Positions 1-9,918 of a stretch of 64,000 bases of DNA are shown one piece after another. Source of the stretch: a virus; IMG/VR virus record IMGVR_UViG_3300045995_000722; one strand, 5' to 3'. A program made the translations under genes and the position numbers. The notes under the pieces are model-generated. The model did not search any database. It was not told the origin of the DNA and worked only from the letters and a program-made list of their open reading frames with translations. Numbering within the stretch: the first letter of the stretch is position 1; every line of letters starts with the position of its first letter.

Positions 1-1
1 A

Positions 2-181
2 TCATATAAAATTGGGGATACTGTTTCTATTCCTGATGGTGTATATATTGATTATGGTGCAGTTATAGTTATTAAGGATAGTATTTTTATAGCGGAATTT
101 GATGAATTAATTAATAAATATGGTAATGCAATACCAGCAGACCCAAGATTACATTTTGATTCTGGTAAAGAAGGATTTTAG
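2..181 (+). CDS. hypothetical protein, 5'-truncated by window
   Basis: Open frame from window start to TAG at 179-181. Confidence 0.5.
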   Translation, partial: SYKIGDTVSIPDGVYIDYGAVIVIKDSIFIAEFDELINKYGNAIPADPRLHFDSGKEGF

Positions 182-237
182 AAGTTCAACCCCGAAAATT
201 AGTATAATCAAAACTTACTAAGAAATGGGGTGATATC

Positions 238-573
238 ATGAAACACACAAAACACATAACAATGATAGTAGTTGCTATACTTCTTACCATAGCATTGCTT
301 CCTGCTGGAATAATGGCCAATAGTAGAAATGCTAAGAAAAATTTGGCTATTGGTTTAGGGGTAGCTTCTCTATACAGCTTGGGTAAAGGGAATACGGGAA
401 CTGGATTATTATTGGGTGCTGGGTCTTGGTATGAGTATAACCAATATAAAAAGAGCAACAAGAAACATTGTACTTATAAACAATGGCAACAGAGACATCG
501 AACTAACTGGAATCGTAATCACAGAAATAAAAACTGGAATCGTAATCACAGAAATAAAAACTGGAATAGATAG
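238..573 (+). CDS. secreted/membrane protein with C-terminal NWNRNHRNK repeats
   Basis: Signal-peptide-like N-terminus, Gly-rich hydrophobic core, 27-bp tandem repeat. Confidence 0.75.
   Translation: MKHTKHITMIVVAILLTIALLPAGIMANSRNAKKNLAIGLGVASLYSLGKGNTGTGLLLGAGSWYEYNQYKKSNKKHCTYKQWQQRHRTNWNRNHRNKNWNRNHRNKNWNR
505..567 (+). repeat. 27-bp tandem repeat, ~2.3 copies
   Basis: AACTGGAATCGTAATCACAGAAATAAA at 505 and 532, partial at 559. Confidence 0.95.
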
Positions 574-659
574 ATTTTGTAAGTGGGCAGGGGAAAATCC
601 TCTGTCCTTTTTTGGTTTTGACTTCTCCTGAATGGTATAGTATAATAGGGAGAAACAAA

Positions 660-986
660 ATGAAATGTCTACGTTGCGGATATTGTTGTTGTTTTCTTGA
701 TGTGATAATTATTTCTCCATCAGCTATTAAATTAGATGGTAGTGTTGATTTTGAAGATGAGAAAAACTACGAACATAAGCCGATGAATGTTGAATGTCCA
801 CATTTACATTGGGATGGGGATTTTGCTTCTTGCGGGATTCATCATTATTCTTGGTTCATTGATACTCCTTGCCATGCCTACACACAAATAGGAAAAGAAA
901 ATTCCCCATGTAGATCAGGCGAATATTTCCAGAAAATCAAAATGAATATTCGAGAAAGGTTTCAGAGGGTTAAAAATGAACAGTAA
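660..986 (+). CDS. YkgJ-like Cys-cluster (Fe-S/Zn) protein
   Basis: CxxCxxCC N-terminus, later C..L..CGIH..PC; follows repeat promoter. Confidence 0.6.
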   Translation: MKCLRCGYCCCFLDVIIISPSAIKLDGSVDFEDEKNYEHKPMNVECPHLHWDGDFASCGIHHYSWFIDTPCHAYTQIGKENSPCRSGEYFQKIKMNIRERFQRVKNEQ

Positions 987-1737
987 AATTATCCCCAACA
1001 TTAGTAATTTCAATTTTGATTATCGAGTAGTCCGTCATGTCAATGTTACATCTGATGGTAGGGCTATTATTATTGATGGAGAACTTGATACTTATTTGAA
1101 GATTCATGAAATTCATTTTGGAGCAGACGGGGAAATTGTTGCTTATATTAAAGAACCGGAATGTCCTTATGGGGATGATCTTGAGGGAATGACATATGAA
1201 CTTCTTGAATATATGGAAGCCCTCAAAAAACCTATTCTTAATTTTGAATTCGTAAAGGATCAGACAAAAAGAAGTTCCCGAAGAATGAAACGAAGATACA
1301 AAAAAGATATGGAACCAGAGTGTGATATTGAACAGGCAAGTAAATCTTTTAAGGATTATGAAAAAGGTGAGGGGGATTTTGTTTCTTGGGATGAAGTTAA
1401 AGAAAAACATGGTTGGATTGACCCTGTTTTTGAATATATACCAGTAAAAGAAGCAATTGAAAAATTCGAAATGAATAAATTTAAAAATGAAGAAGTGGAG
1501 CAAATCATGTATACAGTGTTTGAGCTAGAAAAATGCTTGATTCCTTTTAACGATTGGGAAAATCATTATAAATATTTACCGGATGATAAATTTATAATGT
1601 TAAGAGATTATAATCCTCAAGATGAAGGACCGATAGGATTGGGGCATCATACTATAGTGGGTTACTTCATATTGGCTTCTGGACAAGGACCATTTTTGGT
1701 GTGGGCTGAACATGAGGAATTTGTAGAGAAGAATTAG
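976..1737 (+). CDS. hypothetical protein
   Basis: 253-aa ORF, stop abuts next repeat element. Confidence 0.75.
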   Translation: MNSKIIPNISNFNFDYRVVRHVNVTSDGRAIIIDGELDTYLKIHEIHFGADGEIVAYIKEPECPYGDDLEGMTYELLEYMEALKKPILNFEFVKDQTKRSSRRMKRRYKKDMEPECDIEQASKSFKDYEKGEGDFVSWDEVKEKHGWIDPVFEYIPVKEAIEKFEMNKFKNEEVEQIMYTVFELEKCLIPFNDWENHYKYLPDDKFIMLRDYNPQDEGPIGLGHHTIVGYFILASGQGPFLVWAEHEEFVEKN

Positions 1738-1801
1738 TTTTTTGGTTTTCGTTTTTCGAGAAGGGTATAGTATAATAGAATACTTTTAGGAGGGCAAAAA
1801 A

Positions 1802-2719
1802 ATGAGTCACTTTTTGGTTGGTGTAATTGTTCCCAAGGATACAGAGAATATCGAGGGAACTATTGAAGATTTATTGAAACCTTATGATGAAAATCAAGAA
1901 GTTGAAGAATATGAGCGTCCTTGTCATTGTGTAGGACAAGTAGCGAGAAGGGATGCTGTTCAAGCTGCTATTAAAGAATGTGGTACTATAGAGGAACTTC
2001 GGAAACGATTTGATAAAGAAGTTAGACAACCTCTAGTTGAGAAAATCAAAGCTGAAAGAAATCTTACGACTGGTGAAGTTTTCAATTTGCTTAGTCCTTG
2101 GTCAGAGGAAGATGAAGCAGTAGAACTTGATGGAAAATGGAAAGAGTGTATTGCTTCATTTCAAAAAATCGAGAAAGAAACTTTCGAGAATCATCCTGAA
2201 AAAGATAATCCTGACCCCACTTGTGGTTTTTATTCTGGTGAACGCCAGGAGTGGTGGGAAGAGGATGCAAAAGAGGGTGATCGTTATAAGGATGGTGAAG
2301 GTTGCGGTGGTACTGGTGTATATATGAGTACCTATAATCCGAAATCCCAATGGGATTGGTGGAGAATCGGTGGACGTTGGAATGGGGCAATCAAAGGCAC
2401 TCCTGAAAATGATGATCATGGATTCAATTTTCCACCCGAATTCGAAAAACCCGAAAATAATACAACTGATGTTAATGATTTGCTTGCTTTTGAAAAAGCA
2501 ATTGATAACATTGAAAATGAAAAAGAGAGAAAAACTGCACTTAAGGAATCTAGGCTTCCCTATGCTCTTGTTACCCCTGAAGGCGAATGGATTGAGAAGG
2601 GTGAAATGGGTTGGTGGGGCATGTCAAGCAATGAAAAGGACAATTGGAGAGAGATTGCCCTTGGTGTTTTCGAGAAATATGCTGACTATCTTGTGGTAGG
2701 TGTGGACTGCCATATTTAA
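1802..2719 (+). CDS. conserved phage hypothetical protein
   Basis: 305 aa, MSHFLVGV...NPKSQWDWWRIGGRW motif; promoter and GGAGG upstream. Confidence 0.85.
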   Translation: MSHFLVGVIVPKDTENIEGTIEDLLKPYDENQEVEEYERPCHCVGQVARRDAVQAAIKECGTIEELRKRFDKEVRQPLVEKIKAERNLTTGEVFNLLSPWSEEDEAVELDGKWKECIASFQKIEKETFENHPEKDNPDPTCGFYSGERQEWWEEDAKEGDRYKDGEGCGGTGVYMSTYNPKSQWDWWRIGGRWNGAIKGTPENDDHGFNFPPEFEKPENNTTDVNDLLAFEKAIDNIENEKERKTALKESRLPYALVTPEGEWIEKGEMGWWGMSSNEKDNWREIALGVFEKYADYLVVGVDCHI

Positions 2720-2726
2720 AAAATAA

Positions 2727-2760
2727 AATGGGAGTAGAAAGATGACTTTCTACTCCCATT
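2727..2760 (+). terminator. intrinsic terminator hairpin
   Basis: AATGGGAGTAGAAAG / CTTTCTACTCCCATT 15-bp inverted repeat. Confidence 0.75.
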
Positions 2761-2769
2761 GGAGTTATT

Positions 2770-3006
2770 ATGGAAGTGGCTTGTTATAATATGGATTTGT
2801 ATTGTTCTTTCAAAAACAAAGAACATGAATGGAATGAATTCCCCCATAATTTCACTGGAAAATCAAGATTAACATGTGTAAGAGTAGCTAAAAAACGTGG
2901 GTGGAAATTTCATAGCAATGGTGATCATTCTTGCCCCAAGTGTTCTGGAATCAAAAATAAAGAAAAAAAGAATGATGATGAGATTTATAACTCTGGAATG
3001 ATTTAA
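2770..3006 (+). CDS. small Cys-rich hypothetical protein
   Basis: GGAG SD, CxxC. Confidence 0.65.
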   Translation: MEVACYNMDLYCSFKNKEHEWNEFPHNFTGKSRLTCVRVAKKRGWKFHSNGDHSCPKCSGIKNKEKKNDDEIYNSGMI

Positions 3007-3056
3007 TTGGTTTTGAACCCCCATAAAGGGTATAGTATAATAGGAGGAAAAACAAA

Positions 3057-3287
3057 ATGAAAGAACAAGTTTGTGTTATAGTTGTTGATAATAATGTTGT
3101 TGATGAATTGTGGGTTTTTGATTCTAACGAAAAAGCAGAAGAAAAATTCAAAAATGTTTGTAGTAAATATTCTAGGACTTGGGATACATATTCCGAAGAA
3201 GATATTGCTGCAACCCTTGATGATGGGTATGAAGAAATTCCCAATGGAAGTGTTTGTATAGTTCATCCTGGTCCTGAAGGAGAATAA
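3057..3287 (+). CDS. hypothetical protein
   Basis: After repeat promoter/SD. Confidence 0.8.
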   Translation: MKEQVCVIVVDNNVVDELWVFDSNEKAEEKFKNVCSKYSRTWDTYSEEDIAATLDDGYEEIPNGSVCIVHPGPEGE

Positions 3288-3288
3288 G

Positions 3289-3498
3289 ATGGAAACCACC
3301 AAATTGAGACAACCTGATGTTGATGAATTGCTTGAATTCCTCAATGATCTTGCAGAACATGGTTGGGATTGGTGGAAAACTCCTGAAGAAATTACATGGA
3401 GAAATCATTGTGCTAAAGAATCAGCAGAAAGATTTCAGGATATTGTTAAAGCGTCACAACGTTTAGTAAACATATGTAATAAGATATTAGGAAAATAA
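3289..3498 (+). CDS. hypothetical protein
   Basis: Tightly coupled ORF. Confidence 0.7.
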   Translation: METTKLRQPDVDELLEFLNDLAEHGWDWWKTPEEITWRNHCAKESAERFQDIVKASQRLVNICNKILGK

Positions 3499-3499
3499 A

Positions 3500-3730
3500 A
3501 TGCCAATGTATAGAGGATGTGACTGGGATATTGGGAATGGGAAGCGATGTGGTAGCATGGCTGATTATACATGTGGTTGTTGTGCTAATGATTATAAAGC
3601 TTGGAAACCTGGTGATCCTGGGCATCCTGTTAATTTGTGTTATTCTCATCATGATAAATATATGGAATATTGTGAAGAACAACAAATACTTGCAGCAGAA
3701 CAAAAGAATAAAGATGGGGATGGAATATAA
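3500..3730 (+). CDS. Cys-rich hypothetical protein
   Basis: Coupled ORF, multiple Cys/His. Confidence 0.7.
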   Translation: MPMYRGCDWDIGNGKRCGSMADYTCGCCANDYKAWKPGDPGHPVNLCYSHHDKYMEYCEEQQILAAEQKNKDGDGI

Positions 3731-3993
3731 TGGACGATCCAATTATACATTTAGTGGTTTTGGGAATAACTTCGGTATTAATTTTAATTCCGAGTATGTA
3801 TATATCTCATTTTTTAGTTCACCTATTGCATCCTCACAATATAATACTTGGGATAATAATTTCCATAGCTTCTATAATTTTTGGATTTTTGGCTGTAATA
3901 TTTGCGGGGATAATTATAGCTATAATTGTTGCAATAATTATGGAAATTTTTCATAAAATAAAAAGGAGAAAATCTGATGTTGTGGATTGCTAA
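3730..3993 (+). CDS. small membrane protein
   Basis: TAATG overlap, two hydrophobic segments. Confidence 0.65.
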   Translation: MDDPIIHLVVLGITSVLILIPSMYISHFLVHLLHPHNIILGIIISIASIIFGFLAVIFAGIIIAIIVAIIMEIFHKIKRRKSDVVDC

Positions 3994-4195
3994 TCTTATT
4001 GCTGGAATCATATGTGGAATTGCGGTATTGATAAATTGTTATACATTTAATAATTATCGATTGATGGGGTCAAAGAAAGGTATGTTTAACATAACTCTTC
4101 TTATTATTTTTATGATTTTTTTGACATGGTGGAATTTTCATTTAATGATGATAAATCTTCATCCTTCCCCGGTTAATACAATTCATCATATTTAA
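3977..4195 (+). CDS. small membrane protein
   Basis: Two hydrophobic segments. Confidence 0.6.
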   Translation: MLWIANLIAGIICGIAVLINCYTFNNYRLMGSKKGMFNITLLIIFMIFLTWWNFHLMMINLHPSPVNTIHHI

Positions 4196-4206
4196 GGAAA
4201 AATAAA

Positions 4207-4398
4207 ATGCACATACTTTGGATAGTTTTGATATTGATAATTGTCCCTGGGCTTATAGTAAACATTTATAATTTCCATAAATCTATAAAAGAACCAAATA
4301 ATCCCAAAAATTTACCTGTTTTTCTATTAATAATGATAATTCCAGTCAATATTGTTGGGCTTTTTTGTTGTTTATCAATGCTTTTTTCGGGGCATTAG
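4207..4398 (+). CDS. small membrane protein
   Basis: AAGGA SD, hydrophobic, stop abuts repeat. Confidence 0.65.
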   Translation: MHILWIVLILIIVPGLIVNIYNFHKSIKEPNNPKNLPVFLLIMIIPVNIVGLFCCLSMLFSGH

Positions 4399-4450
4399 TT
4401 TTTGGTTTTGGAAACTTCCATAAGGTATACTATACTAGGAGGGCAAGTAT

Positions 4451-5149
4451 ATGTTACTTTATCATGGAACTGGAGAAAGCCGATTAGATACCATTCGCAA
4501 AGAGGGCATTAAACCTCGCGGTGATCAACCTGGTCATTGGGAACATACCGTAGAATCTAATTCTCAATGCGTATACCTCACAGATATATACGCTGGTTAC
4601 TATGCCTATAACGCTGCCCGTGAAGAAAATGAGCGGTGGGCAATTATAGAAATAGATTCTAAGAGATTAAACCAAAAGTTATTTAGACCTGATGAAGATT
4701 TTGTTGCCCAATATCTTCATAGATTTGGTGATGAATTTTACAAAAAACTTAAATTGGTCGATCTAACTGAGATAATTCGTGATGATATTGATGTTTATAA
4801 AGATGCTTGGTCTGATAGTATTCGAGGATTAGGCACTGTTTGTTATAAAGGCATAATTCCAGTAAGAGCAATTACACGAATTTCCATCTATAATCCCAAA
4901 TCTAATTTTGAAATGACTATTACTGCTGGTGATCCAACCATAACATTGATGAACCACTACTTGATGGAAAAAAAATACCAACTTGTGACTCGTTGGTTAA
5001 TGGGGGAACATATTGATGCGAAAGAATATATGGAAAATGGATTATTTCTTCCCGAAGATATGGGTGGACCTACAGTAGAAGATATTCAGAAATCATTGGA
5101 TAACCAGGAAGTGAGACTAATTGGTTTTGAATCTCTTACCAGGGTATAG
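4451..5149 (+). CDS. ADP-ribosyltransferase-fold (Tpt1/KptA-like) protein
   Basis: LYHGT...I...GI.P...VYLT signature; C-terminus reads through a repeat copy. Confidence 0.55.
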   Translation: MLLYHGTGESRLDTIRKEGIKPRGDQPGHWEHTVESNSQCVYLTDIYAGYYAYNAAREENERWAIIEIDSKRLNQKLFRPDEDFVAQYLHRFGDEFYKKLKLVDLTEIIRDDIDVYKDAWSDSIRGLGTVCYKGIIPVRAITRISIYNPKSNFEMTITAGDPTITLMNHYLMEKKYQLVTRWLMGEHIDAKEYMENGLFLPEDMGGPTVEDIQKSLDNQEVRLIGFESLTRV

Positions 5150-5157
5150 TATAGCGG

Positions 5158-5490
5158 GTGAGTAAAATGAGTAAAATCACTAAAAAAATAGAGCGAGAAT
5201 ATCTCAAAAGCGGTAGTGCATGGACTTGCCCCTTTTGTGGAGAGTCGGAAGAAAGCGAATATGTAGAACTTGATTTAGATGATGGAAAAATCACATTTCG
5301 TTGCTTGAATACAGAATGTCTTGAACATTGGACAACTACAGTAAAAATTATTGGATTAGTTCGTACTCAAGAAGATAGAGATAAATGTGAAATAGAAACA
5401 AATAGACGAAAAGAGCAAATAAAAGAGCAAATAAAAGAGCATGAATATCGTATAAAAATATTAGAAATAAGACAAAAGGATAAAAAATGA
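5158..5490 (+). CDS. Zn-ribbon hypothetical protein
   Basis: CPFC...C...C, coiled-coil tail. Confidence 0.65.
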   Translation: MSKMSKITKKIEREYLKSGSAWTCPFCGESEESEYVELDLDDGKITFRCLNTECLEHWTTTVKIIGLVRTQEDRDKCEIETNRRKEQIKEQIKEHEYRIKILEIRQKDKK

Positions 5491-5999
5491 GAGAATTTGA
5501 TTTGAGTGACATCCTAACTGTTACTACTGGTAAATTGGTATCTACTCGTCATATTGATGGGGTATATGATATTCTCAATTATATGACTGGTGAAAATTTG
5601 TTCACCCACCAACTTCCAAGAGCAAGTGATGAATGTAAGCCTAGACTGGTTAGACAATACCCACATCTTAGTGAGGAAAGTCTTAAAGAAGAACTTACTA
5701 TCTTAAGTTTGCTTTTAAAAGATTGTTTTGACGAAACAAGCAGGAAACAAGTAGTTAATGATTGGCTTAAAGAATTAAAGGGAAGATTTGGAGAGACTCT
5801 TCCTGTTGAACCACTTGGTACTTCTGTTTTTATCAATCCGATTATTGAATTGGATCAGATGATTAATAAAATGCCCAATAAAGAGGAAAAACAGGTGATT
5901 GTAGTAGTAGCACCTAATGTGGCTACTGTCGATCTTGATTCTGCAACACCTGAAGAAATAGCAAACCAAATAGATAAAATGATTCGTGATTCTAAATAA
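5487..5999 (+). CDS. conserved phage hypothetical protein
   Basis: ATGA overlap; ILTVTTG.L...GVYDILNYMTGENLFTHQLPR. Confidence 0.8.
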   Translation: MREFDLSDILTVTTGKLVSTRHIDGVYDILNYMTGENLFTHQLPRASDECKPRLVRQYPHLSEESLKEELTILSLLLKDCFDETSRKQVVNDWLKELKGRFGETLPVEPLGTSVFINPIIELDQMINKMPNKEEKQVIVVVAPNVATVDLDSATPEEIANQIDKMIRDSK

Positions 6000-6015
6000 G
6001 AAAGGAACTATATAT

Positions 6016-6255
6016 ATGGAAAAAACATTTACCGAAGAATGGTGGGCTAAATTCGAAAAATCATTTAGAAAATCTGGTGGAAATATGAGAGATTTGCCCG
6101 ATCAAACAAAAATAGCTACTACATTATATGTAGCTGGTTGTGATGCTATTACGTCTGGGATCTTTTGTGCCTTTGCTATTCGCAAACAAAAACTTGCAGA
6201 AGATAACTATAATCGGATAGACGATTATGAGAGAGCCGTAGGAGTTGGTTGCTAA
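6016..6255 (+). CDS. hypothetical protein
   Basis: AAGGA SD. Confidence 0.65.
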   Translation: MEKTFTEEWWAKFEKSFRKSGGNMRDLPDQTKIATTLYVAGCDAITSGIFCAFAIRKQKLAEDNYNRIDDYERAVGVGC

Positions 6256-6327
6256 AGTTGTCAAAAATATTCTTGAGCTATAGGTGAGAATTTTGCTTTT
6301 GAAATCCATAAAATGGTATAGTATAGT

Positions 6328-7038
6328 ATGGAGGGCAAATCAGTGAAATTTTCACCTGTAGCTGTTATTCAAGGTTCGGAAAACAAAAAACTTTCTACTA
6401 ATCATAAGGTTAATGCGACATATGTTTCTCAGGCAACATGTCCTAAAACCTGTCCATTTTTCAATAAAGGCTGTTATGCCGAAACAGGATTGGTGGGATA
6501 TACAACCTTACGGTTGAATCGCTGTAAAGAACAACGCCCCACAAGAATAGCCAATTTAGAGGCTATGAAAATTCGAGAGGTCAAATCCTCTTATCCATTA
6601 AGACTTCATGTTGTTGGGGATTGTGCTTCACAAAAAGCTGCTAGGATTGTTTCGGAAGCTGCTAATGAGTATATCGAAAAGCATAATCAACCTGTTTGGG
6701 GATATACCCATAATAGGATTATTCCCCGTGATTGTTGGGGCAATATCTCTATTCTCCGTTCTTGTACAACAATAAAACAAGCACAAACCGCTCATGATGC
6801 TGGTTTTGCTGTAGCACTAATTGTTCCTGAATTCAAAAACAATAAAAGATACTATATCGGTAGAGGGTTGTATGGAATCCCTTGCCCTGTTCAAACAAAA
6901 ATGTCTAATAGTTGTGTGGATTGTAAACTTTGCATGAAAGATAAATTCTTGCAAGAACACAATTTGGTTATTTTGTTAGAAGCGCATGGTACTTTTAAGC
7001 ATAAAATCAAGGCACAATTAATTAATCAGAAGAATTAA
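6328..7038 (+). CDS. Gp88-like Cys-cluster phage protein
   Basis: TCPKTCPF..KGCYA, LRLHVVGD, C-terminal CP...C..C..C. Confidence 0.6.
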   Translation: MEGKSVKFSPVAVIQGSENKKLSTNHKVNATYVSQATCPKTCPFFNKGCYAETGLVGYTTLRLNRCKEQRPTRIANLEAMKIREVKSSYPLRLHVVGDCASQKAARIVSEAANEYIEKHNQPVWGYTHNRIIPRDCWGNISILRSCTTIKQAQTAHDAGFAVALIVPEFKNNKRYYIGRGLYGIPCPVQTKMSNSCVDCKLCMKDKFLQEHNLVILLEAHGTFKHKIKAQLINQKN

Positions 7039-7082
7039 TTTTTGGTTTTCGAGATTTAGAAATATAATAGGAGAAAAACACT

Positions 7083-7385
7083 ATGAGTTACGATAATGAT
7101 AATGATTCTGGGGAACTTATACTTGGGTTGATAATGCTTCCAATGGCTTTGCTTATTGATGGATTGGTAGTAATGCATTTGTGGAATTGGTTTATTCCCG
7201 TAATGTTCACCACTGTTAAAGCAATAAGTTTTGTTAAAGCTATAGGATTTTCATTAGTAGTAGGGTATTTAACCTATAAACCAGATATGTTGAGAGAAGA
7301 AAATAGAGCCAAAATAGCAGTAGCAACCATTGTATTGCCTTTCTGTTGGCTTCTAATTGGTTGGGTAATTCATCTGTTTATGTAA
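7083..7385 (+). CDS. membrane protein
   Basis: Three hydrophobic segments; GGAG SD. Confidence 0.75.
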   Translation: MSYDNDNDSGELILGLIMLPMALLIDGLVVMHLWNWFIPVMFTTVKAISFVKAIGFSLVVGYLTYKPDMLREENRAKIAVATIVLPFCWLLIGWVIHLFM

Positions 7386-7647
7386 ATTAATAAAAAATAT
7401 TTTTCTAAAAAGAAGGAATTTCGGAAAGGGATAATGAAAGGAATAAATGTGTTCGGAAGAGACACCTGTTTTGTTGATAATTTAATAGGTTAGTTAGTTA
7501 GTTGTTATTTTTACTGTGAAGGTAGTTTCTTCCGAACTTAATATATCTTCCCCTTAAAGACCGTAATTCCTAGTGGGTTACGGTTTTCTTTGTCTTCTTT
7601 TTGGTTTTCATTTTAGAAAAATGGTATAGTATAATGGAGGGCTAATT

Positions 7648-7932
7648 ATGCTTTACTGTTTCAAATATTGGGATTCCGTTTTTCCTATTAGTCATCAAGT
7701 TGTAGAAGCAGATTCTCAAATTGAAGCATTTAGGAAATTCGAGAAATCTCATGATAATGATGGATTTCTATTTATGGAACGACATTGCATTGAATGTAAA
7801 AAATGTGATCATAGATGTCTTGGATGCCAGTATGGTAGACATTACCAAATGTCCTGTGGAAGACTTTGGCCTGAATATTTGAGATATAGGAATGGATTGC
7901 AATGTCAACCAATGGAAGGACTAATAGGATGA
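7648..7932 (+). CDS. Cys-rich hypothetical protein
   Basis: After repeat promoter/SD. Confidence 0.75.
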   Translation: MLYCFKYWDSVFPISHQVVEADSQIEAFRKFEKSHDNDGFLFMERHCIECKKCDHRCLGCQYGRHYQMSCGRLWPEYLRYRNGLQCQPMEGLIG

Positions 7933-8507
7933 ATTATCAAGAACAGATTACAACTCGTGTTGGTTCAGATTATATTTGTAAGAGGGTTGATAACTCTCGA
8001 TTCAAAGGTACTAAGGAAACTTTTACCAATCTCAATAGGAATAAAGTGGATGTTTTTCGAGACGAACAGGGGAATGTATTTTCTATTGATGAATATCAAA
8101 CAGGGGAATTTGATGTTGTTGCCAAGTTGGGTGGAGTCTACGAAGTTCCAGAAGATCATCGTTTGCGTGATTGTGGTCAATGGCTTTTAGTTGAAAAACA
8201 AGCAGAAAGAACTGGGGCTAGTGGGCAATCATTGGGGAAACTTGATGAATATAGTATTCGAGTTTTTGCAAAATGTGATGATGATGGATTGGATGAAAGT
8301 ATTCTTGGAATTTCTGGTTGTGAACTTAGAGATATTGTCAAAGAACACAAAGAAAAGAATGATGATTGTTTTAATATGACTTTGCATTATCAACGAGGAA
8401 AACGAGGGGGACATTCAGGAGTCACAATATATAATGGATATCCTGTGAGGAATTACATTATATATGCTGGGGGAAATTCTCCTTTTTTGGTTTCTAAAAC
8501 TGAATAG
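7929..8507 (+). CDS. hypothetical protein
   Basis: ATGA overlap; ends inside a repeat copy. Confidence 0.75.
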   Translation: MNYQEQITTRVGSDYICKRVDNSRFKGTKETFTNLNRNKVDVFRDEQGNVFSIDEYQTGEFDVVAKLGGVYEVPEDHRLRDCGQWLLVEKQAERTGASGQSLGKLDEYSIRVFAKCDDDGLDESILGISGCELRDIVKEHKEKNDDCFNMTLHYQRGKRGGHSGVTIYNGYPVRNYIIYAGGNSPFLVSKTE

Positions 8508-8537
8508 GGGTATAGTATATCAGGAGGGTAAAAAAAG

Positions 8538-9131
8538 ATGAGTACACGTAGCACAGTTCGGATTTTTGACCAGTGGGATGAGGAATTGATGGCAAAAGGA
8601 GAAGAGGTCACTCCCATTCTCTTGTATCATCATTCGGACGGTTATCCTACCTTTATGGCTAGGAAAGTACATCGATTCATGAAGAAAGCCTATACGTATC
8701 TCAAACACGCTGGGTTTCCTTATTGGTGGGATACAGAGCGGGTTGCGGCTGTTCTTATTGCTTTGTCTCTTGATGATTATGAGAAGCCGATAGACCCCGC
8801 TGACAGCACAAAGAAATTTCGAGGTTCTTTCTTGGGGACCAGAAAGCGTCACGCTGTTTATGAGGAATATCGCCCCAAAGGTGGTGTTCCTGAGTTTGTT
8901 CCATGTGCTGCTCTTCATGGGGATTTGGAATATGTTTATGATGTATATTTGTCAAGAGAGCAGGGCAAGTATCGAGTAGAAGTAAGACGTTTTACTTCTA
9001 AGTATCCCGAAGATGGTTATGTATTGGGAGAACCAATTCTTGTTACTCCTAGCAATTGTGAAAAAGTTGAAAATCAATTACGGAGAGAATCTGTGAAAGA
9101 ATGGGAAGCAAAGAAACTGGTTAATGTTTAG
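8538..9131 (+). CDS. hypothetical protein
   Basis: MSTRS...LYHHSDGYP motif; GGAGG SD. Confidence 0.8.
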   Translation: MSTRSTVRIFDQWDEELMAKGEEVTPILLYHHSDGYPTFMARKVHRFMKKAYTYLKHAGFPYWWDTERVAAVLIALSLDDYEKPIDPADSTKKFRGSFLGTRKRHAVYEEYRPKGGVPEFVPCAALHGDLEYVYDVYLSREQGKYRVEVRRFTSKYPEDGYVLGEPILVTPSNCEKVENQLRRESVKEWEAKKLVNV

Positions 9132-9197
9132 TTTTGGTTTTGAAATGTGGCTTATGGTATAGTATATTGTAAGCCACATTGTTTTTGGAGGATTGAT

Positions 9198-9422
9198 ATG
9201 AATATCTACATTTACAAAACAGAAGAAATTGAGCATCATATAATTGTGGCTTCAAATGATAATGAAGCTATGGAATTGCTTTATAGTCATTTACTCAATT
9301 TGTGGGGGAAAGAAGAAGCTGATAGATTGATTAAATCTACTACAAATTGCCAAGTATGGTCTACAAATGAATCTGCTTATCTGAAAACCTATTATGAAGA
9401 AATTGAAATAAAAAACGTATAA
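9198..9422 (+). CDS. hypothetical protein
   Basis: GGAGG SD. Confidence 0.7.
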   Translation: MNIYIYKTEEIEHHIIVASNDNEAMELLYSHLLNLWGKEEADRLIKSTTNCQVWSTNESAYLKTYYEEIEIKNV

Positions 9423-9443
9423 TACCTATAGAGGTATTATATA

Positions 9444-9701
9444 ATGATAGAAGAACAAGAGTCAATTAGTGTTACTGGGGCAATTCTTGGTGATTGGATA
9501 GATGGAGATATTCCACCTCCCGATCATAGTTATTCTAAAGAAGAAATAGAATATCTCATGAGGCAAGCCCAAGAAAAGAAGAAAATCGAAGAAGAACAAA
9601 GACAAATTAGAATACCACCTAAACTTTATGAGATATTGCAAAATCGAATGAAACGACAAGCTAATGATCAAAAAAAGAAAAAAAATGGGAAAAAGAAATG
9701 A
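9444..9701 (+). CDS. basic hypothetical protein, paralog of 53210..53434
   Basis: WIDGDIPPP..YSKEEI vs WIEGPIPPP..YSKEEI. Confidence 0.75.
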   Translation: MIEEQESISVTGAILGDWIDGDIPPPDHSYSKEEIEYLMRQAQEKKKIEEEQRQIRIPPKLYEILQNRMKRQANDQKKKKNGKKK

Positions 9702-9853
9702 ATTGGGAAAAGTTTTTTGCGGGTATGGTATTCGGTTTTTTATATTTTTATTTTATCAGTAGATATATAAAAAGCTTCAAAATCCAATGTATTATATATG
9801 TTCCTTTGCTTATTGCATTTGGATTCATTTATAATTTAATTTTGCATAAATGA
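9698..9853 (+). CDS. small membrane protein (51 aa)
   Basis: Manually translated; ATGA overlap. Confidence 0.5.
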   Translation: MNWEKFFAGMVFGFLYFYFISRYIKSFKIQCIIYVPLLIAFGFIYNLILHK

Positions 9854-9918
9854 ATCCTCTATTTTTGGTTTTGGTTTTTGTTTTTGGGTATAGTATAATA
9901 GAAAGGAAGTGAATTCGA

